From Antechinus flavipes (lineage: Eukaryota), in contig NC_067402.1 in NCBI RefSeq assembly GCF_016432865.1, positions 275,776,001 through 275,840,000 of the forward strand: DNA of 64,000 bases, in the 5' to 3' direction. A model generated the notes under the pieces. That model was not told the origin of the DNA, did not search any database, and saw only the letters and a program-made list of their open reading frames with translations. Every line of letters begins with the position of its first letter. Position 1 is the stretch's first letter. This document shows positions 48,379-58,899 of this stretch, one piece after another. A program made the position numbers and the translations under genes.

Positions 48379-51300
48379 CTGTGAGGACGTCCGTTGCAGA
48401 AAAGGCGCTGACTATACTTTTGGGTTCTCTGCAACCATGAAATCACAAATCCAGTCCTTATCCCTTCCTTATATAGGCTTGGAACAGCTGGGGGCCTTGA
48501 CCAAAATTCTAACCTTGAACACATTACAATATAGTTTTTTTGCAGGCTCTAAGCCATTCATTCTTTAAGGAGGGGAGATTTATGTATCTTATAAGATCAG
48601 GAGACAGTGTAAATGGGGCCATTGATGAGTTGGGGGAGGCATTTAAGATTTTTCTCTACTGTGCATGAACCAATGGAGAGTCCAGGGTTTTTATCTCAAA
48701 AAGGGACGGAGCGGCTCTATTTTCTCTATTTTTTGAAATATTTCCCAGTCGATACCTTGCCAACACTTTCTACTTGCAGAGAGGGGAAAAAAATAACTGT
48801 AATAAACAGGTTAAAGTTTGCTCAGCTATTGCCTGGGATTGTTTATCTACATTCCATTGTTTCTATGGTGATGACTGAAACTGAAGGCTTATTTTAATGG
48901 CCTGTCCCGCACGGTTTGCATATTATAAAAATCAATAAAACAAAAAATAAAAAGTTCCATTATTTGGGGCCATTAAGTGGGGGGAATGGAGGAGAGCCCA
49001 TTATAATATGCCTGATTTTAGAGGAATATGCATTCTGACATGCCCAGATAAGATGGAACCCTTTTCAAAAGAGGAGAATATTACAAAATATCCCTCTTCC
49101 AGAATGAGCTTGGAGCCGGCCCCTCTTTTTTAGAACATCAAATAAAGACTGAGAATTCTTAAAAAACCAGAGCAGTTGAAAGATCATTTTCCTTTCAAAT
49201 TGGAACTGTTCTGAAAGACAGGGCATTCCTGGATTCAAGGGCTATTCACTTTTTCTTATAAGCTCATGAAAAGGATGTGTTTGAATGTATGACTGACCTT
49301 GATTTTAATTGCTCTCATTTTACAAATCCTCCCTTCTTCACACCAACAATCCACTTTTACAAACCACCAAATTTGGTGCTAGCTAGTGCTGAACCGAATA
49401 TGAAATAGCCTCGAGGATTCCGCAACCAAATGGAACTGATTATACAACGAAAAATAAACTTGAACAGGGCTCTGGGACATCATGTAATGTATTTTACTAT
49501 GTTTTGCGAAGTTATATGCATTTGGAAGCAAGAAAATTTGTTTTCAAGTACAGTGCCCTTCCTTTAGAAAACCAAAACACAATGCCTGTTTTGGAAGAGA
49601 AAAAGAGCAAATAAATGAGAAGATCATTATTCAGAAACTAACCATTTGTTATTAACTACGAAATAAATCTAAAGGGGAGAGTTTGAATCAGAGCATGGCC
49701 TACCACACAAAGCGTGTGCTTAGCTTCAAAGTGGTTCTGATCTGTTTAACTATGTGCAAAGAGACATTCTGATAGCACTCAGCAGACTGTGAACCTTTTG
49801 GAGGGGACAGACAGTTCTTAAATACCTGTCATCAGTATTACATCGTAGACACACTAAGATGGAACAGAAAGATTCTCATGTCAAGCTTTCACTATTACTA
49901 CAACACAAATGACTTCATCTGTGCAATTAGTGAACAGGCTGTTCCCGCTTGGGAAACAGTTCCAGAAGGAGAAGCTTATTTGGGGTTTGATTTGTCCATT
50001 TTTTTCTGCTGTGAATGTTGCAACTTTAGGCCCACTCAATCTCTCAACTTAATGCTTGCTGCCAAAATGAGAAAGCTCTGCCCTTAAATGATTAAGACAA
50101 ATAAAAAAGAGGGAAAAGTAAATTAAACACAGTCCTTCTATCCCCAAACTACAGATTATATCTACCTACACCTTATTATCTCTGTGGTCAAAATGTTTTA
50201 GCACTTTTACATCTGTAAAGTCAAATTAAATGGATTTCTACTTAATAAATTGGCTTTTTCCAAAGCCATGCTTTTGCTACTATTATCATTACCTTATTGA
50301 GCTGTTTTGGCAACTAATTTTCGAAAGCTGAAACTAATTAAATTCTTTTACTTAAAGGAAATCAAAAGCAAAGGGAAGAGAACCTTTTCTTTCTCCAGTT
50401 TCTACTATCTGCAGAGAGTAGGCTGTAGCTAAAGGCAGACCTTTGGAGATTTAGAATTACTATGATGGTAGCAGAAATGAGAAATACCTCCTTTAATGGT
50501 CTTGTCTTAAGCTTCTAATAATATAAAAAGGTCACATTATTTACACATTCGAAAAAGGAAGAAAAAAACCCCCACACCAGAAAATGGAGGTGTAGAGATT
50601 GCTTTCTTAACTTTTGACTCAACAGTGAGACTGAATAAGTATTCCCAAAGCCCTACTTAATAAAGGAAAAAAAAAAAAAAACCTAAAAGGAGTTTCCTGT
50701 TTTTTCATATAGGCCCTTCTTCCAATCCTAATATATCCTACATGTTGGCAGACACTGGGGACTATCAGCAAGTTATTAAAGAGATACCAGTTTCTTCCAT
50801 TAGCAAGTAAAAAGTGAATGTGGTTGGTAGAACAATAGATCATGGAGTGTTCCCATTAAAAAGTTATTTATGCTGTTGTTTGACTGGTGACCTTATTATG
50901 TATTACATCCTCATCCCATTTGAGAGTTTGGGGGAATGTATTTTCTAAGCAAATAATTTTCACTTAAAAAAAAAGCCATTTCATTCAATTCCAGACCTGA
51001 TTTTAAAAGAGAACAAAAGCTATTATTTTATAACTAAGAGTCTTGTATTGTACATTTTGTCTTCTGTCATGTTGTAAAAAGGAAGTTTTTTTTTTTTTTT
51101 AAATCAAAAATGTTAATAGAAATGAATCAGAGCCAGGATGCATCAATGCTGTGATGGGACTGTGCAATCACACCTGTTATCTGCTTGAGATAGAATTTAA
51201 TGAACTTGATTTCAATGTACAATCCATAATACGCAATATATTCTTTTAGACACACTGGGAGAAAGCAAACTGGGGAGGTATGTGTGCCCAACCATAAGTA

Positions 51301-54300
51301 TGTAAGACATTCAAGAAAGTGGTGTGAGTTCAAAGGAAGGAGGGATGGCTCCTAGTAGGGGCAGCTGGGAAGATCATAAGTGACTTGGGTCTAAAAAGAT
51401 ATTTGGGTTTTTGCCAGAGTGAAAGAAATGGCAGGAATGGATACTTTTAAAGATTTGTCAGGACTTGATACCACACAAAGGCATTCTCCAGCACAGGCAG
51501 CAGGATGGAAGACAAGACAAATGTTCCAGCACTGGCCCATTTCAGGTACTTTCCAGGTTTTTTGTTGTCCATGATAGCTCTGGACTTAAGCCAGAGATCA
51601 TTAATTTGGAATACAGAAGACATGAAAATGCATCCAAAAAATGTACCAGATTCCACAGCTGTTCAGTGGATACAAATTGATCAGAAATCTTATAGCCACT
51701 TGAGTTATTATCAGTGAGTTGTTGGGCATGGAACATAAATATTTCTCAGGACATCAGTTTGTTAAACATTTTCATTAAATGTGGGTAGTTCTTCCATAAA
51801 ACCTTTCCAGACTACAGGAATGAGACTCTTACCTAAATCAGAGCCTTCACTAGCTATACTATTCCTTTGACAATGAGGCAGATAAGATATCTCGCAGCAT
51901 TTTTTTTCTCATCTTCCATTGTTTAATGTTTAGATTATTAATTAAACATAATTTTTTAAGATTTTTGATTTTGTCTCCTCCTATTAGATTTGGAGTTCTC
52001 TGAGAACTTCTTTTTCACATAAGAAAGCCTCAATATGTATTTGATTAATTTCAAGATGAAATTTCAGAAATGAAACCCTAGAATTTACATCAAACACAGA
52101 GGAAATCATCTCATCTCTTTGTAGCACTTAAGAATGTGTAAGGTTACACACTGTCATCCAGTTATGAAAAGATCAGATGCTCACATACCTATGAAGGATC
52201 AGCTCATGTAAGTAGGGGTTGTTGAATCCATGAACCCTCTTTTTCTCTACTTTTCTGGAGCCACAATAGATTAGGTGGTGGAAAAGGAGTAGTGGATTTT
52301 TTTTTCCCACCTCAACTGGGAAGGAAAAAAAATGGGCTTAAGCTGAAGCACAAGGGGATTCATATTAAACACAATGCCTTTCTATTCTAAACTATTTCTG
52401 AAAGGTCATTTAACACTGGAACAAGGAAGGGATACTGGGCAACCTTCTTAGAGGCCTTCAATAGGGTATAGCATTTTACCAGAGGAGTTCTGAATATGAT
52501 AATTTACCTCTAAAGGAACTTACCCACAACATAATCAAATGTCTAAAGGAACTTACCCACACCGTAATTAAATGTTTTTAGAGCCTTTCAAGTTTTTATT
52601 CTTCTTTAAATTTCCAAGATGTTCCTGGAATGGGTTATGTCACCTTGATTAATAATCACTGTATTGGCTTATATCTCAGCTTAGCTGACTGTTTCACAAC
52701 AGAAATTATAAGTCCTTTCTTGTTTGTTCTTTTTTAAGGGTCCACCTAATCAGGACAAACTTTTCAGGGAGATTTCCAAAAAAAAAAAAAAAAGAATGAA
52801 AGCTTAGCAAAGAATGAGCAATGTTGCCAGAAGCTTTCTTACCACCTGAAGAAAAAGGAGGCAAAAAACCCTCAAAAGGTGTTCAGGCAGTCCACTCCTG
52901 TTTTTAACAACTGCTTTTGGAGAAACAATTGGTTACTACAACAACACGGCATCACACAATTTTTGTTTAAGTGAGGAAGTGAAGGAGAGAAGTAAAACAG
53001 ATGTTAGACTATCCTTAAGAGAATTCTGAAAATAACTTGACTCAATTTTTCATCTCAAAGGAATCAATGCGTAGTTTATAAAAGGCGAGTTTAATAAGAT
53101 TATTAAATTCTTACAAAGGACTAGTATTTTAATACATAAGAATATAATGATCAAAGTAAGCATTTCTCATTGACATAAATGAAATTATTTTTAATTTCTT
53201 AAGCAAGTCAACGTTAACCTTTCCTGGCATTTACTGCTTTACCTGTTAAGACAAGGAAACTGGGCAAGATGATGTCCATGTACTAAAAATAGTTTTATTC
53301 TTATTTGTGAAGATTGCTTATTGCTGAAAATGTACTAATAAGATTAACCATGTAGCAAAAATATGTATTCTATCTAAAGCCTAAGATTTAGAGCTAATGT
53401 TACCTCAGTAATCATCTCATCATCTGGTTCAACTCTTTCCTTTTATGAATGAGCAAACTGAGGCTCAAAGAAGTCAGCGGACTTGGCCAAAATCACAAAA
53501 ACAGTAAGAAACAGAGCTGGGATTTTGAACCCGTTTTACAGTAAATTGTAAGATGTGATATTTGTCAAGCTACATTTTAGTTTTCTTAGCTGTTCACTTT
53601 GAAGTGTTTAATAAGATCTAGAGAAATACCATTAATACAAAGTCAATTTAATTAATTTCATCAATATTTATTAGTTGCCAACTGTGTGTGGACTCATTAC
53701 CAAGATTTCAATGGCCAAAAAACCCCAAAACAAAACAAAAAGATGGCCTGTCCAAGCTTTAAAGACTGAGGTAGCCATCACTGTGTCACTCACTTAAGAA
53801 AAAAGAGGCTAAATAAAATTTTTTAAATGACTGCCACACTGGCAATACTGTAACACTTGCTACATTACAAAATTAAGATTTGGGAATTTTCATTCCTTGT
53901 GAGCTGAACTCTTGGAGATGGAACTGGTGATTGTGAGCAAACTGCTCAGAAACAAAGTAGTTTTACTACTCAGTGCTGCCTGAGCGATGCTTCATAAGAG
54001 CACAGGGACACCATTCATCCTTTAATAGAAGCTATGTTCTACTTACAGATATGAGCAAACTCAGCGGGTTGTGTGTCAAGGGAAACATTTAAAATTTATA
54101 TCATAATTACAACATACTATAAAGATATAGACTTGTTTATTGTTAATGCTTGATTCATTTTTGGTAGATTTTTAAAAAATAAATTTTTAAATAGAAAAAA
54201 TCTGGAAGTCTTAAGTATGGCTTAGCATCAAATCTTGTTTCAGCTTGAAGGAGAAATAGAACAATTCTATAAATCTAGGGTAAAACAGTAAATCTAGGTC

Positions 54301-55523
54301 AATTCAATGACTGGGAAAGAGCACCATCCAATAATGTCCTCAATTTCTCCATGTAACAAATGTTTTAGAGACTTCTTAAGTTATTTCCTATTGTGCACCA
54401 TTATTTACGGATTATCTCTAAATTTGAGAGGCTCCTACAATATGTGCAAATTAATCGCTCTTTTTGAGTAGCTAGTCAGAAGAGGTAACAGATGCTTCAC
54501 TAACTCTTTCAAGAGGACACTGTATAAATGGCCCACGTTGACCATTACCTCTGACCGGGGTAATGTATAATGACCAAGTGCTGAAAGGTGCTCTCTTAGA
54601 AAGAGAACCATCTTTACAACTACCCCTTAAAGTCTCCATAGGTAATTTGGTAAATTTGAACTATATATATATTTTTAGCCCAAAAATTATTTAGTAAATG
54701 TTTTAGAAGTAAATTCATATGAATGTTTTCAGGCTAAAAATCTTAGTACAAATAGCCTCAACAATTTAACTAAGTTCACTGTTTAGATAAAATCAATTAG
54801 GAAGTATGTTACCTGCTATTAAACTCAAAATAAATGGGTTTTTTCTTTCAACTTACATTGCATCATTCAAATTTCAAAGCTTAGTGCTTATATTAGCATT
54901 ATGCTTTATTTTAATCAGGCTATTCACTTTTTTTTACTTATTCAAGTATACTGGGGTTATAGATATTTCCACGTGGTAATAAGATGCACGCTGTCAAAAG
55001 TGACTCATCTACCAGGATAATAAAAATTCCTTTGCGTTTTTAAAACACAGAAATAATTTTTGGCTGTCTGTGGTAGCTGGTTATTAATTTTTTATGGGTC
55101 AGAAAAAATTCAAGTTAGTTATTATAGAAAACTTGCATAAATTAAGATGATTCCTAGACATTTTCTCAACTGATGATCAGAAACCATTATGAAGAGCTGA
55201 AAAATCTTAGTCTAGTAAATATTTGGTAGGAGAGGTGATCTCTGAAAGTTGTCAGCCTCCAATATAATTGAAATGGATTTCACCTCTGGTCTAATGCATA
55301 TAAGCTGTAAAAACATCCTTCTTCCTATGCAGGTATATATTATGTAGAAATATAAATTCAATAAAGTCAACATGGAGTTCAGTCACTAAAAGAAGATTCA
55401 CTATCTGAACTTTCTTTGGCATATGCTTCACCTTCCCCATCAGGCACTGGAGCATCTGGCCTCCTGAAAGAGAAAAAGGGAAAATTTTTCAAAACGTTTT
55501 TTCCAGTTGAGCAAAGAACTTAC

Positions 55524-55745
55524 TAACTGTAAATGCAATTCATCTTAAAATACAATATTTCTAGTACCAAGACTGCCAAGTCTGCCGGGCTTAATTGTGG
55601 GAGTCTCCCCCTCTACACCACAGAGCTGTCCTCTCTGGCACCTCCAGCATCTCAGGGATTAAGTGCAATTCCTCTAGAGCCCACGCATTCGACTTTCTTT
55701 CGCCAGTCCTTCCATAGTTTGCTGCTTCAGCACTTTCTGCCTCTT
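55524..55745 (-). ncRNA. Candidate first, non-coding exon downstream of the X-box
   Basis: GC/CpG-enriched segment starting right after the X-box; TTA|gtaagt donor at 55523; only short ORFs; TSS position is a guess. Confidence 0.35.
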
Positions 55746-55759
55746 ATTGCCATGGAGAC
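55746..55759. promoter_or_regulatory. RFX X-box-like motif ATTGCCATGGAGAC
   Basis: One mismatch from GTTGCCATGGAGAC, a typical RFX site; sits in a local GC/CpG peak, with a second GTTGC half-site just to the right. Confidence 0.55.
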
Positions 55760-56299
55760 TGGGTTGCAGACAGAGATGGGAGCTTGTAGGGGCAGGCAGG
55801 GCAAGTGCTCGATGCCAGCAGGCTCCAAGTGAGGGAGAGGTACCAGAAAAGGGAAGGAAAGGAGGGATGTTCAGGAAAGATGGAGAGAGGCTGGAGGATA
55901 GAGAGCAAATTCAAAGAAACCTCAAGGAGCCATGGATAACAAAGATGCTGATTAGGGAAGGGAAAATAAAACCCTCAAGGCAGAGCATGGAAAAGAAAGT
56001 TCACAGGGACCCCATGATATTTCCTAGGAGTGCTAGAAAGACATCAGCATTCCTGCAGAGGAGCTTCATCAGTTCTGATATTTTCAAAAGGTCATGAAAA
56101 CAGCAACTGAGGCGGCTTAGAACCCTGTTTTGGCCTGGCCCTGTGATGACATAGTCTATACATTTTCATCAGGCCAGTAAAATTCCAAGGGCAGAGGAGA
56201 ACAGAATGAGGGGGTCAGCAACAAGGGTGGAAAGGGTCTAATACACAATTACCACCTTTTAAAAGTCAAAAGGAACCCTCCCAATTCTCATTTCTTCCT

Positions 56300-57350
56300 A
56301 AAAGTTTCTTCAAGATCCCCTCCAAAGTTTTGGAGACTTAGTGTCTCCAGTAAATTCACCTCTTTCCTTGGATGAGCTCACAGGAGCCTGGATTTCTTTA
56401 GAAAACCTTATCTAGAAGCCTTCCTTTCCAGCAAAAGCATTCTTTGAAGACTTAATTAAAACCCCACCTACTACAGGAAGCATTTCTCAATCCCTCTTCC
56501 CTTTCTGCAGGTAATTATTTCCTATTTATGCTCTAGGTAGACTCTAGGCAAGTCTCCTCCTTTATGCTGTAAGATTCTCCTTGAGGGCAGAGACTGGTAG
56601 ACAGTAGATGCTTAATAAAGGTTTACTGACTGACTGAATGCACACTATACCAGGTGGATATGCCAGTACTCTTGCTCTCCCAGACTGCTCTCTGCCCCTG
56701 GCCCTTTGCTACCCATTCTCAGCAGCTTCTTCTCTTGTGCTGTTCACTCCATTCAATGACATCATCCTCTTCAGTTTCTTGCTGCTTTCTTCTTTTGTCC
56801 AGATAATTTTCCTTCCTTTCTTAAAGCGTTTAATGACTGGCTTACAGCGTTCTCTTTGGTCCCAGCTGCTACACTTCTATTCACAATTGTCAAAAATTGA
56901 GCTAATGTTTCTCCTAACACCCTGGCCTCCCAGATCATGGGTCCCTTCAACTTCTATGGTATCTCTGTATCTCTCAGCTTAATCATTAGCCCAAATTGTT
57001 CCATCTCTGTGACGCTGAGCTCTGAAATTTCCCTTTCTGATGAGAATTTTCTATTTTACTGCCTCATGCCTCTGACTACCATTTTTCCTTCCTGTCACAA
57101 CATTCACGCCTTTCACAGCTCCCTGTTCTCTGGATCCCGCGCCTCCCGTTCTGGTTTCATCTTCCTCCAACTCAGCAGTTAGTGAGTTCACTTACACACC
57201 ATCTTTGAGCCTCAAAAATCCTTTGCCCCTTCTTCTTCTGCCTTTCATACTCAGCCAGTTCTTGACCATGGATCATTCCCCCCAAGATGCTCTAGATATA
57301 ACTGAAGGTAGTTCTGTAACTCTAAATTGGGTCCACTACAAATTCATGTT
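56300..57350 (+). mobile_element. L2 fragments (3' end about 56300-56635; internal about 56700-57350)
   Basis: ttgagggcagagactgg...tagatgcttaataaaggtttactgactgactgaatg; internal antisense-like L2 segments cttgcctttcatactcagcc...ctgggtccactacaaattcatg. Confidence 0.65.
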
Positions 57351-58027
57351 AAAATAATACCATCTGACATGACACTCAGATAGTGCTTAAGATTTGTAAA
57401 ACACTTGAGCTAATTTGATTATCAGAGTAACCAGCTGTGTGCGATGGGTGCTAGGCCACCTTCCCAAACTGACTAGTCAGAGGCATCTTCAGATACAAAC
57501 AGGAAACATATATTTGGTCCTTGCAAGGAGAGGCCTCTCAGCTCTCATCTCCCAGCATGTGCCTGACCTAGCGAGGCGGAAAGAATGAATTTGTTAAATA
57601 GTAGAAGACCTGGGTTCATTTGATGAACTGAAAAGGAAGTAACCCTTGACCAATGGACAGCAATGCTGTCTACTTTCTGTGGGTCCTGAAGCTTAGGCCT
57701 AGGTCCTGACCTTTCCTGCCCTACAAACCTCTGAGAATGGAGATCATGTGACTTCCTGAAACTTAGGCCTAGGGTCTCATCCACTCCAGCTCAGGGACTT
57801 GGTTCCATTCTACATGTGAAGAAGACACTATTATCATCCCCGTTTTACAGATGAGGCTCAGAAAGAATTCTGGCATTTAACTGGCCTTAGCCACTGCAGG
57901 ACAATCCCTTTATTCTTAACGGGTAGCTTTATATCACACTTCCCATAGTGAATATTCTAAAACTTCTCTTGCTAAATCACTTATCCCTCTTTCTTTCTCT
58001 CTCAGTAACTTGGACCATTTACCTTGA

Positions 58028-58766
58028 TGTGAGGAACCCTAATACTGTCCTGACTTGGGGGGGACCATCAGGTAAATACTTGAGAACTCTTTGAAGGGGA
58101 GAAACTCCTTGAACTCTGCCCTGAGAAAGACCCGCCGCAGGGAAAACTCATTCTGTTTATCTTGGTGGGACTAGCTGAGTCCAGAATCACTCCTACTTAG
58201 CCAGACTTGGAGAGCTAGATTTCTATCGACCTCTATTGAGTTGGAGATTAGTCCAGGGACACTTATTCAACTGGAAAATTTCTATTCAATTCGTCAAGAT
58301 TTCAGTCTGATTTCAATTCAAACTGCACCCAGCCCCTAGCAAAAGTTTCAAATTATAAAAAGGGGCAACTTGGGGCGCTTCCTTGCAGAGGGCCAAAAGC
58401 AGGAATCATGCCAAGGAACCTCTCTCTCTCCTTGGCATAGCTTCCTGCAAGGACCCTCTGTCCGAGGAGAAGACATTCTCTTTTCAGCATTAACCCCTCT
58501 TTATTTCTCTCACCTATTTCCCTAATAGGACCACACCCCTCTTTACCTTTCTGTTGGGATTTCTCTACTAGGAACTTTATCTCTCTCTCTGCCAGGACTC
58601 CTCTGCTAGACCTTTACTTCTCTGTCGGGATCTTGTCACTAAGGAAGTCAGCCTCCTAGCAAAAGCTGACTTCTCAGTACCAATAAACTTCTTTTTGCCG
58701 GTCTAATTTTTCGGATTCATAAATTCTTTTATGAAGGATTTGCATGGACCAGAAGGGGTTCCCACA
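58028..58766 (+). mobile_element. Solo ERV LTR (739 bp)
   Basis: TG...CA ends with short inverted termini TGTG(A)GGAACCC / GGGTTCCCACA; TATAAAA 58354-58360; AATAAA 58682-58687; no internal ERV sequence; no clear TSD. Confidence 0.8.
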
Positions 58767-58899
58767 ATTCTTTGCCCTGTGCCAAACCTCATCAATCTCA
58801 CCTCCCTTTTCTCTCTTCCTGTACTCATCATTGCTTCCTTTGTTCTAGTCTTAGAAGCAGTCTCTTTTCCTTATCAAACTAAAGCATTCTCTTTGTGTC

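Noticed and set aside
51505-51717. Plus-strand ORF with AG...GTGAGT boundaries
   Set aside because: No recognisable homology and no partner exons on the plus strand; treated as a pseudo-exon.
58028-58766. Intact provirus
   Set aside because: No PBS, gag, pol, env or second LTR follows; it is a solo LTR, and no TSD could be matched.
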